A stretch of DNA of 64,000 nucleotides. It comes from Selaginella moellendorffii (lineage: Eukaryota > Plantae > Lycopodiophyta). The stretch is taken from positions 1,967,549 to 2,031,548 of the forward strand of contig NW_003314280.1 in the NCBI RefSeq assembly GCF_000143415.4. Direction: 5' to 3'. Both the position numbers and the translations under genes were made by a program. The notes under the pieces were generated by a model, which searched no databases, had not been told where the DNA came from, and saw only the letters and a program-made list of their open reading frames with translations. Of the stretch, positions 1 to 11,000 are shown piece after piece (positions within the stretch are counted from its first letter, which is position 1; the number at the start of each line of letters is the position of its first letter).

Positions 1-1137
1 GGCCACCGCTCGCGCGTGGATCGCCTTGCCTTGCGAGAGATGCTCGGGATGGCGGCACGATCCAAGCACGAGCACAAAACTCTCCGGATCTGGAGAAGTT
101 GCTCGAGCTCGCATCACAGTGTAGAGCTCCAGTGCGTCCACAGAGAATCCACCGCGAGCACACACCTCAAAGCAGTAGTTCCAGCACGCTCCTGACATCC
201 TGGCCGCCGCGGCTTTCACTCGATCAAACCGCCGGCACTGTGCGTAGATCTTCACCAGCGCGAGCTGGAGATCACTGCCGCAGACCCGGTCCAGTCCCTC
301 GCTCGCGATCCTCTCCACCACCCTGCTCCCCAGCTCCAATCTCCCCGCCGCCACGCAAATCTCTAACACAGCCGCGTAGGTGGTGCTATCCGGCCTCTTC
401 CCCTCCACCGCCATCGCCCAGTAGAACTCCAGCGCGCGATCGTGCTGCTTCCACCGCCACAAGGCCGCGATCACCGCGTTCCACACCGGCGTCTCCTTGA
501 ACCTCACGTCGCCAAACACCTGGATGGCGGTGTCGAGCCGGCCACACTTGCCATACATGTAGATGATCGCGCTCTGGAGCTTGTGATCCTGCCGGACGCG
601 CCGATCGATGAGCAAGTTGTGGAACTCGGTGCCGGAGGAGAGATCGCGCAGCTGGCCGCACGCCCGGATGGCGAGCGCGAAGGAGACGGCGTCCGGGACG
701 GCCCTCTGGAGGAGCATCCGCCGGAAGTTCCGGTAGACCATCTTGCCAGATCCATCGTTGCGCGCGAGCATCCCCAGGAAGGCGTTCCAGGACTGGACGG
801 TCCTCTTGTCCATGGTCTCGAAAACCTGGCTGCCCCATTCCAGATTGCCGCACCGGGAGTACATCCGGATCAAGAGATTGGCCATGGATGTATCGTCCAG
901 GTACTTGGTGGCGTCCATGTGGCGGTGGATGCGAACGCCGTAGGAGAATGCGTGCTCGCGGGCGCAGCGCCGGAGGAGGGAGGCGTAGACGGAGGGATTC
1001 ACCCGGTTTGGCGAGTAGGATTGCTCCAGCGAGTCGACGGCGTCGGCGAGGCCCTGGGACACCCATGGCTCGCGCGGGTACCTGATGCGCCGCCGCCGCT
1101 TGAAGCTCAGCTTCCTCCGGTGTAGCCCTCGCAGCAT
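1..1137 (-). CDS. PLS-class pentatricopeptide repeat protein, intronless, runs off the left edge
   Basis: Hand translation from ATG at 1137 (absent from the ORF track because there is no stop in the window): MLRGLHRRKLSFKRRRR...YASLLRRCA...ANLLIRMYSRCG...MYGKCGRLDTAIQVF...WNAVIAA, which are typical P/L/S motifs. Confidence 0.9.
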   Translation of the reverse strand, partial: MLRGLHRRKLSFKRRRRIRYPREPWVSQGLADAVDSLEQSYSPNRVNPSVYASLLRRCAREHAFSYGVRIHRHMDATKYLDDTSMANLLIRMYSRCGNLEWGSQVFETMDKRTVQSWNAFLGMLARNDGSGKMVYRNFRRMLLQRAVPDAVSFALAIRACGQLRDLSSGTEFHNLLIDRRVRQDHKLQSAIIYMYGKCGRLDTAIQVFGDVRFKETPVWNAVIAALWRWKQHDRALEFYWAMAVEGKRPDSTTYAAVLEICVAAGRLELGSRVVERIASEGLDRVCGSDLQLALVKIYAQCRRFDRVKAAAARMSGACWNYCFEVCARGGFSVDALELYTVMRARATSPDPESFVLVLGSCRHPEHLSQGKAIHARAVA

Positions 1138-1139
1138 TC

Positions 1140-1360
1140 CCAAGAGCCCTAAACCCCGTGAATATTCGGCGGGATATTCGATTCTTTGAGTTTAAACCAA
1201 AAAACGGCGGGACTTCGCAGTCGTGATCGGTGGGAATTTCTATTGTCTCGCTGGCGCGCATTAGAGTGGAGAAAGGGTTCCTCGTCTTCCAGAGGCAATC
1301 TAATTTGCTCGCATCCATAACTGTTGCAAGAGTCGAGTGAGTCCACTGCCAAAAATTGGC
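1140..1360 (-). pseudogene. Remnant of the HIBCH last exon and downstream region (paralog of ~21170-21445)
   Basis: ttcctcgtcttccagaggcaatctaatttgct...tgcaagagtcga...ccactgc matches 21329-21440; translation EQIRLPLEDEE vs EQIQLPLEGEE. Confidence 0.7.
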
Positions 1361-1493
1361 ATGGGCACAAGAGATCTTTGTCGGAAAAAAAGTGTAGGTT
1401 GCTCTCATCCCCGAGTAAACTTTAAAGTCGATCATAACAGTTATAAGTTTGTTGACAAGGAAGAATGATTTAGAACAGGCATCATAAAAGGTA

Positions 1494-3122
1494 CTACTCT
1501 GAAGTTAGCTCTATTGCGCTCTTGGGAATGTGAATGGTAAGCAAGCCATTTTGCAAAAATGCTCTAGTCTTCTTCAGGTCAGCAGTAGTGGGAAGCTTGA
1601 ACTTCCTTTGCTTGAAGACGTTGGCACTGGTCTTTACGGTGAGTTGATCCGGACCTGAACATACCACAATCACTTCCTCTCGTGATAAGCCTGCACAATT
1701 GCAAAACCAAAAGCTCTTGGGAAGGCGTGGAAGTGGGGAAGAGACATACCTGGAACTTCGATATAAAGGGTGTGGTGATGCTCCTCATCTACAGTAGTTG
1801 CCTCAATACGTTTGTTCGTGGCTGTAGCAGAGAATAAAAAAAGGAAATTAGTGGAGGTAAAAAGAAAAACAGAAAAATACTCGTGTCCAGCTCAGCCTCA
1901 TCACGGTCCTCAATTGGCACTGTCGAAGCTGTCCGCTTGAGCGCAGCGGCCCCCTTGGGAAAGCGAATAGTGAGAATCTCATCCTGGAGATTCACTATTG
2001 CACCATTGACGTCAGCGTGAGGAGGAACCACAAGGTTCTCGGGGCGGAATACGTCCTTCTCCGTGGAAACACGCACGCCCTGTCCATCGTTTGCAACACG
2101 CACTTGATCCAGAGACGTGAGACCTGTACAATAGTAGGCAAGAATAAGAAAATTTAATAAGATATGTCTGCAAATGACTTACCGGGCACTTGCACATCGA
2201 CAGTGTAGAACTGCTGGTTCTCGAATGACGAGCACAAGAGCTTGCGCTTGTCATATCCTGCAAGCCACAGCAAGGAGAAATAAAAAACTCCAGGCAGGAT
2301 CAAAGCCATACCTTTATTGTGCTTGAGGCAGTTTAGCAGTAGTTGTTGTGCATGTTTCTTCTCAAAGTTGTAGAGAGCAATGAGACCTCCGTGCTGAGAG
2401 AACTGCGGGAGTCCCCCGGCATCAGCCACCTCTTGCGCCAACCTGAGGCCCCTGGCACACCTTTTCAAGTGATCACTGGAGAAGACAGCGTGTGGGACGA
2501 CCGGTGTAGCATATGATGGAGAGCGCTCATGGATCAGAGAGGTGAGGCTTGTTGATTGCAGACCAAAGAGGTTGGGATAAGACTCAGCAGCAAACACACG
2601 CGCCTGCTCCTGCAACTCTTGCATGTTTGGCTCCCCGGAGAAGACTTCCTTCTCAGCTCGGCAAGCAGCACTCCGGCAAAAGTCATGCACGAGGCGAGTT
2701 TCTTCCTGTGTAGGGTGGTGTATGGGTGGCTCTCCACGAAAGTGGCGGAAGTCATCCTCTGAGGCGATGTTCACGAGCTGGATCATGTGTGGATACGGGC
2801 AGGGGTAGTCGCCGCAGTCGTCAAACCCAAGTGGTTTTTCGGAAGGTGGAGGGAAGTCGCCGCTCACGATTTCGGTGTACCTGAGCGTGTGATCCAGGAG
2901 ATGCGCCTGGAAGCAGCCGGTGGCACGATCAGAGTCACCTAGCGCCCGAAAGACTTGGCCGAGGACACGGTTGTTTAGGCGGAGCATCACCATCCACAGA
3001 AACTCTCCATATTCATTGTAGGCATCGTCCGTCGGTGGTTTGCTCACCTGAGGGAGCTTCTTGCCTTTGCTGCTGCTGCTGCTTGATGCCCTCCTTGCTG
3101 TGTGGACAAGCCACCTTAACAT
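1494..3122 (-). CDS. Unknown N-terminal domain + two tandem alpha-crystallin (HSP20-like) domains; family copy 1, apparently intact, 5 exons
   Basis: GT-AG splicing gives a continuous frame from ATG 3122 to TAG 1494. ACD1: FENQQFYTVDVQVPG|LTSLDQVRV...VPPHADVNGAIVNLQDEILTIRFPK. ACD2: DEEHHHTLYIEVPG|LSREEVIV...RKFKLPTTADLKKTRAFLQNGLLTIHIPK. Both resemble the HSP20 LP..AD...A...NG.L.I..PK motif. The N-terminus is R/S-rich and acid-free. Confidence 0.8.
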
Positions 3123-3166
3123 TTTCTAGGGTTAAACGTGTGTTCTGCTAGGGTTTTAGGAAGGGC

Positions 3167-4152
3167 ATGATGTGGGGTGCTCGTTTCAAGCGTTTGCAGC
3201 AGCCAAGTTTAATGTTGTTTCGTCTCCATAGCACTCATGGTCATGCTCGGGTGTTCTTGGACACGGGAATTGATATAGAAGTAGATCAATCGGAATGGGA
3301 TAAACGTGTAACACGGACTTTTGGAGAAACATGTACGACTTCAATGCTACAATTGCTCTATTTTAAATATTTAAGGCAAATCCGGGTGAACACTCTCTAC
3401 AGGATGAGGCACGAGGTACGATTTCAATACTAGAAATAATATTGATTGAATTTTATAAAGATAAATTTTTTTTTCAGGTTTGGAAAAAAATGATAAGTAT
3501 TAATCCATCAAGAAAGGATATAGACCAAGCAGTGACCCTGTTGTTACGCAAAGGAGGTTTGAATGTTTTTTCCTTTATTTCTTTGATTTCTTTTTTCTTC
3601 ATAGGGATAAAAACTTTTGGAGACCTTGCTCAGTTTCATCATACTTTTAATGCTTTTTGGACAATTGCACGAAATCCTCACAAGGATTGGGCACTGCTTA
3701 CTCCTGATAAAGCAAGGCATTTGGCACAAGCTTATTTTAAGGTATAATTTAGATTAGTTTTTATATGATAATTTTTCTTCTTAGGCAGCTATAGATGACT
3801 TGTGGAGTGGTTGCAATCCACTTACATTATCTGAAATCATGGACATTCTTATGGGTGGACAAGTATATTTTATTGCTAAGCAGTATAGGTTTGCTCTCAA
3901 AAAATTTCTTTATTATATTTGAAACAATTTTACAGTGACGAGGGAGCTCATCATGATAACAATATTTACAATGTGGTATGGCATTCCTATTCATCTCCAA
4001 ATCCACCAATTATCAAGATCAACGGATACACTCCATTAGAGGATATGGAAACAACAGATGTATTAATCCAAATTGGTGAAGCTTTACACAACAAGGACTC
4101 TCGGCAATTTCCATTTTTGAAGGCATTTACAGCAAGTGTGAGAAGATGTTAA
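3167..4152 (+). CDS. Unknown protein ('partner', copy A), divergent from ACD copy 1, at least 5 exons
   Basis: Exons ~3167-3415, 3478-3556, 3605-3741, 3785-3888 and 3936-4152 join in frame across GT-AG introns. Exon boundaries and motifs (FGDLA, DWA, LWSGC, ALHxKD..PF) are conserved in the paralog at 49688-50470. The 3' end is uncertain. Confidence 0.7.
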
Positions 4153-4277
4153 TATTTTTCTGTATTTACACAATAAAGTTTGCTTTAGAGTAATCCATAA
4201 TATATTATATTAAATAAATATATTTTTGGTTTGCTTAAGCAAACCAAATATACTTAGAATATGCTTAGATATTCATT

Positions 4278-4490
4278 ATACAATGGTATGGCATTCCTAT
4301 TCATCTCCATATCAAGATCAACAGATACACTCCATTATAGCATATGGAAACAATAGATGTATTAATCCAAATTGGTGAAGCTTTACACAACAAGGAATTT
4401 CTGTTTTTAAAGGCATTTATAGAAAGTGTGAAAGGAAGAGGTTAATCTTTTTCTGTATTTATAGAGTTTAATTACACAATAAATTTTGCA
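4278..4490 (+). repeat. Local degenerate duplicate of the partner last exon (3966-4190)
   Basis: tggtatggcattcctattcatctcca...gatgtattaatccaaattggtgaagctttacacaacaagga occurs twice. Confidence 0.85.
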
Positions 4491-7266
4491 ATAATCTCTA
4501 ATAAATTATATAGCATATATTATAAATATTATATTAAGTCTGAGCTGGTGGTAGTGAATATATTTAGAATATACTTAGATATTCAGAGATATTCTTCCAT
4601 TTAATGGTTGTTATTTATTGAGATTAATCATGTATTTATAATTTATAAATATGTTTTGTGAGTGTATGGAATATAAAAAGAGAATATAAGAAATATACAT
4701 ATCAATTAGCCTAAAAACCATAGTTTATATAGAGGAATGAGTGGTTAAGATTGAAACCAATCCAATGGCTACCAAAACTTTATTATGCTAATATTAATAT
4801 ACGGCATTGTAGCCATATACTTGGACCTCACATCATCTTTTCCTCTTAGAATGATGGAAGATCATTAGAATTCTCTCGTGAATGGGTTGAAATCTGAAAG
4901 AATATTAAGAGGAGCCATTGATAGATTTGTAAGTGGTGCCAATTATTCTTGATCCCTTTATACAAAGTGTTTCAATTGCTGTACATGCACAATTTCTGGA
5001 GGATCAACCTATTGGATGTTATGTTGAACTTCATAAACTAGTATTACGAACTTAGCACCAAATGTAACTATGCACATATTGGATAATATCACATTGCATT
5101 TCTAGCCAATAAAAAGATTTGTACAACTTCTCGATCACATAATGATGTCCTATATGCCCACATAGAATAGGAGAATAATAGTAAGTGTGAAGAAAGCATG
5201 GAATAAAGATTAAATGCACCACTAACCATAAATGATCATCAAGATCCGTCCGTAGAAAATACCATTTTCAAGGCTATATTGAGATTGTAAATGTCGAAAT
5301 GGTAAGTTATTAGCAAGTGATATAGGGTTCTCAAACCCATTGTGAAGCTTTCGAATCCACAGCTCAATTTTTTTAGCCTCACAGACCTTGTCAAAAAAAG
5401 GTAAATCCTGCTATACATCTTATGGACATTAAATGTCAAGTATAGCAACTGCTGATAGCACGGAATCCTCATCCAAAAAATCCATAATTTTTAAAACAAT
5501 AAGTTCGTCAAAAACATAAAAAATGAATGAAGAAGGAAGAGGTGCTCAAGAAAGGGCATTAACATCAACCATAGAACTCCCTAGGTGATAAACAATATCA
5601 AAATCATATCTATGAAGCTTTAAAACCCATTGAGCAATACAACCAATAAAATTCTTTTGTTTCAATAATGAAATAGCTACAGTATGATTACCTTCTAATA
5701 ACGTCCAAGAACTATGTAAATATGCATGAAGTTTCTCAAAACCCCAAACTGTTATTAAACATTCCATCTCTATTATAGAGTAGTTCACCTCCGTTGATTA
5801 TAATGTACATCTAATATATACAATGGGATGGCACTAGGATGGTGCTATATGCAATCATCTGTTGGAAAATTGCTAGAGCATTGTTCAAACTAAATGGCAT
5901 CACCAAAAATTCATAGAAACCAAATAGTGTACAAAAAACAGTTTTAGGAATATCCTCTTCGACCATCGGTACTTACCAGTACCTCGAAGCAATTAACTGG
6001 TGAACCAATAACTTCTCCCCAAATGATTCAAGAAATTAACAATATGAGGAAGAGGGTATATATCTAAGATTGTCACTTCATTTAACAGATGATAGTCAAT
6101 GTAAAAATGAATACTCCTATCAGGCTTTATCACAAGATGAGGTTCACACTCCCAAGGATTCCATGACTTCCAAATAATTCCCTTTTCCAATATCTCCTTA
6201 ACGTTTGCATGTAAAATTTTGATCTCTTTGGGTGACTAACGATAAATAGGAACTTTGATTGGACAAGCATCCCTAGTTAAAATAAGATGGCATGTTGCAA
6301 TTTTGGCCTTAGATGATAAGTTAAATTCAAAGAGATTGGCATACTCCTTCATAAGTTGGTCAACTGCTGCAATACAAAGATTGTTAGAGGGATTAGAAAA
6401 GGAAATAGAGGAATAAGATAGAAACTGAGGAAGAAGTAAGGGAGAGATAAAAGTGATAGAAGTAGAGATAAATGTAAAAGGACAAAGAGGTACAGAAGTA
6501 AAAAGAATGGAAAAAATATTATGAAGTATAAGATAGAGAGGAAAAACCTCAAAGTCACACTTGGCATGATTGTGCTACAATTAATCCATACCAAGGATGA
6601 GGTTAAAAAAGCTTGACTCGGCACCACCACAATGATTGCAACTCAAGTTTGAGATCGCCTACACACACAATTAAGTCCACCTCATCCTATGCAAATGTGT
6701 GTGTATGGCTGTTGCCATAAAGAATGAAAATTAACTCTACTGCATGACGCAAAAGTAGACAGCAACATGTGGCAATAGGCCGAGCAATAGAAGATAAACT
6801 CAAGTTTATATCAACCAACACAGAGAGAATAATAAGAGACCTTTTGTTATAAAAATGAACTTGGAAAGTAAACACTAGATAAACTGGTGCCGAGTGAACC
6901 CCTTAATGATACTTCCAAAAGAAAGATGGAGGGGTTATTGCCTTATTTGTGCAAGGTCTTTCTGTTACTCATGTGACTCCTAATTTTCTAGATGCATCTC
7001 AGTCTCCAAACCTTCTACTGTAGCAACACCAATAAAATGTTGTTGATGCCATGGTTTCCATCCAGGAAATGGAGGTCACTAATCTGGAAAATACCGACAA
7101 TACAATAAGTGTGACCAACTTCATCACATGCCCAGCAACAGATATCATGGCCATAACCATGTCCTTGTCCTAATCCTTGAACTTGAGTAATAGGAGTATC
7201 AACCTTCATTGGAACAAGATTATCATGAATGTGACTTCAGGTATCGAAAGATACTTGTCAACTAGT

Positions 7267-7461
7267 TGTAAGGTCTTGAGTTTGCACTTCCCGGGAGGTC
7301 ACCCAGCCTAGTACTATTCAAACCCAAGGACGCTTAACCCTAAATATCCCAAGACCCTTATCTAATTGGAAAAGGGGGTGCACTCTTATTCATGGGCCCT
7401 TTCCCTCTATATTTGAAGCCCTATGGATCGTCTCTCGAGTCGTTCCCTTTGGTTGCTTACA
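7267..7461 (-). mobile_element. Cassandra-type TRIM solo LTR carrying a 5S rRNA-derived segment, 5-bp TSD CTAGT
   Basis: TGT...ACA, 195 bp, flanked by ctagt on both sides and absent from the sister LTR at 13843. The minus strand of 7284-7339 reads GGTTAAGCGTCCTTGGGTTTGAATAGTACTAGGCTGGGTGACCTCCCGGGAAGTGC, the 5S A-box/IE/C-box region. Confidence 0.9.
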
Positions 7462-7979
7462 CTAGTCCTTACGGACACTCTTTCCTTACTGCCACGACGG
7501 CAGGAGGTCGGTACTGCTGGTCCCTTTTATGGTCTAAACCCAAGCTAGTTAAAAAATTAGTCATTGCCTGTGCACTTGATCAAATGAGTATAAGGATGAA
7601 ATTCCTAAATGCTATTTGTCAAGCATACTTGACCTGGTTAGAGAAATTCATTCGTTGACTTGCACTTGCTAGTGTTGGGAACCCCTTTGATATTGAGTTT
7701 AGTCCCTTAATATTGTTACATAATAGCTTACCGTGTCTACTAAACACCCTCGCTATCATACCCTTTTTGTTAGTCTCATTTTGGTCTCAAATGCTATTTA
7801 TGGAAGTGTTTATATTTGCTCATTTTGCACATTTACAGAATGTAAAGATTGTCCTGAACACAATAGTGTTCATCCAGTGTCCAAATTTGCAATCTAGGAA
7901 CATTCCATATTTAGTAAGTTTCGAGTTTGTCCTAAAGATTAACTCCTGGTACTAAGGAAGGTTTAGGGTGAAAGCCCAA

Positions 7980-8040
7980 GGGGGTGGGTGGGGGTGGGTG
8001 GGGGTGGGGGGGTTGGGGGGGTTAGGGGGGCTATGGGGGG
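7980..8040 (+). repeat. G-rich tract, potential G-quadruplex, in the chromovirus 5' leader
   Basis: About nine runs of 3-8 G separated by 1-4 nt. Confidence 0.75.
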
Positions 8041-11000
8041 TTCCAAATATATAGTAAAGATAGTGGTTGGAATGCATATCTAAGCATATGAGACATTAAT
8101 TTGGCTCTCGCTGGGCTGTATCGCTTCTTGTTTTGTGTCCAGCTTGAGTCTAAGCCCAAGCTCCACATTGCTCTAGTCGGTGGGGTACCCTCTTCCTCAC
8201 ATTGGGCCACCAGTATGCCAACATTGTGCCAGACACCGTCTGACACCATTTTGCATGCAAGTGCTGGATACGGGGAGTTGGTGCTCGTGAGATTGTACTG
8301 GACCCTCGTTTTGTAGTGCAATGGGCTTGGAGTTCAGCTCCAAATTCAGGTGCGCTATCAAAGGAATTTTCTCAGTGATTCCTATCCAACTTTTGTTGGA
8401 TTTCTAACTCAAGTTGCATATGCAGAGACTTTTCTAGTAGATCTAAAGTGACATATGTAGAATTAGTTGGATTGCACCATTCAGTAAGAACGTTGTATGC
8501 ATGTTCAGTTATTGATAGAGGCACGCATGCAGCTAGTGGGATGGTGAAAAGGAACCATGCTGATGACGCTAAAACCTCTAGACGGGCGAATCAAGAGGAG
8601 GAAACTCCTGCTAGAGATGCTGCAGAAAAAGCTGAGGTTGAGTTAAAAGAGGAAGAGCCAGATGCTGCAATGCTGCAACATACAATTCATGAAGTTGAGA
8701 TCAAGAATTTGCGAAGGGAAGTTCACAAATTGAAGAAGGAGAACAAAAAGGGGAAGAAAGAAGTTGAGGCAGCTAAACTAGCTAAACATAAACAACCAGA
8801 CTCCTCTTCAAGTTTTGAGGATGATGATGTTTTGCAACCGCCCTCAGTTGCACGAGTTTTAAATTTCAAGCCTTCGAAACCGCCCAATTTCATAGGCATG
8901 CGGGACTATAAGGTTTTGGAAGATTGGGTCTACAATATGGAAAACTATTTCATAGCGGCAGACGTAAATGATCATACAAAAGTTGCGTGTGTGCAATCCT
9001 TTCTCACCGATTATGCCAAAACTTGGTGGCACCAGGTGTGTGTTGAAAAAGGGCAAACTAGAAGTTGGACCAAAATGCAGTCTCATATCTATAAGGAATA
9101 CTTACTAGACGATCTTGATTTGAGACTTTGTGTGGAGTTACGACGGTTAAAGTAGCGAGGGGACCTCATGCATTATGTTAATACGTTTGCTTAGAAGTGC
9201 ATTATGATTGCAAATATGAGTGATAAAGATGCTCAAAGTTATTTCTTGGAAGGTCTAAATTCACTTTCTCACAATGAGATTTTGAAGTTTAAGCCAAAGA
9301 CATACCTAGAGTGTAAGGAGGCAGCACAGCAAGTTGCCTTTAATCACTCACTTATGGAACAATACTAGCAACCGTATGCTGGTACCTTAGACAAAAATAA
9401 GAATTCTACGAATAAACAAGGTGATCGGAAACAAAGGGTGGAAAGAAGGTTTTGCCCTGGAGGCTCACAAACAACAGTTAACAAAGGTGGTGGTGGTTGG
9501 AGACCACTAGCAACTTCTTTTGGTCGTAGGCCCTCTATTCCTCCTCCTAGTGGGTAGCAGCAGCAACTTGTGAAACCTGCTTCTAGTGGAACGGATAGTG
9601 TGGGTCATTATTCCATTGTGGAGAGTTAGGACATAAGTCCTCAGAATGTCCCAACAAACATAAAACAAGATCTCATGTTAATGTTATAAGAGAAGACGGT
9701 GGTGGTGAAACTAAAGGGGTTAACGAGTTAGTCAATGCAAACTATAAAGAAGAAGAGGTGAGTTACTTTCATTACTTCCCTCAAGCTTTTCTTGCAGTCA
9801 ATGCAAGCATTGATCCATTGATGTATCTGGTAAGCTTTGTCCATAGACACTGAATCTGAGTGATGATAGACATGAGAGCTACACACAACGTGATATTCAA
9901 AGACTTAGTTAAGGATTGAATGCTGATGTTAGGATTGAATGTTGAGCAAATATCGCCTATGCACTTCCAGTTTGTGGAAGGTGAGCAAGTAGCTAAAAAA
10001 TTTGTGAGTGATATTCCAATAAAAATATCCAAGTGGAAAGAAAGAGTGGACTTCATAGTGTTGAAGATACCAGATTTTTAGATGGTGTTTAGTATCGATT
10101 TCTTCAACAAATATATTAAAGGGATTTATAGTGTTGGACAAAGTCATATCACATTGAAGTCAAAAGGGCATCCTAATGTGTCCTTTTAGTTGCAAAAGCG
10201 CTCCTCAAAGGATTGGGATGTTAAGTTCTTGACTGCAAGAGCCACTTAAAAAGTAGTTAAGAAGGGATGTCGGACCTTTTGGGTTCAAGTGATGGGAGTT
10301 GAGGGTGTTGGTGACTCGGTTCGAATTGGTGATGGGGTTGATCCTGTACCAAAGAAGATATTGAAGTTATTGGCACAGAATCAAGATATCTTTCCAAAGG
10401 ATTTACCACCAAGGCTACCTTCTAGCCATGAAGTTGATCATCGGATTGAGGTTATTCCGAGTTCTAAACCACCTACGAAAGCTCCGTATTGTTTGAATAT
10501 CAAGAAGATGGCTGAACTCAAGAAGCAACTCACGGAGCTTCTTGACAAGGTCATATCCGACCAAGCAAGTCACCTTATGGAGCACTGGTCCTTTTTGTTA
10601 TGAAAAAGGATAGAACCATGAGGATGTGTATCGACTATCGGGCACTCAACAAGATCATGGTCAAAAATAATTATCCTTTGCCTCCCATTAATGACTTTTT
10701 TGACCAACTCTTAAAGGTTAAATATTTTACATGACTTGATTTGCAGTCTGAGTATCATCAGATATAGGTGGCAGATTAGGACGTGGAGAAGACAGCCTTT
10801 AAGACTTAGTATTGATCTTGTTCCTTATCATGCCATTTGGGTTATGCAATACTCCAGTAATGTTCAACACTATGATGGATAGAATATTCAAGATTATTTG
10901 GACACATTTGTTGTCTTATATATTGACAATGTTCTAGTCTTCAATGAAACGTTGGAAGATCATTTGAAACACTTGGAGCTAGTGTTTCAAAAGTTGCACG

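Noticed and set aside
99-1435. ORFs 99-500, 386-1435 and 442-1125 from the track
   Set aside because: Shadow frames of the GC-rich PPR gene; the true frame has no stop in the window.
7284-7339. 5S rRNA gene (also 63345-63400)
   Set aside because: Only the internal ~56 nt are present, embedded in an LTR; no 5S ends or T-run terminator.
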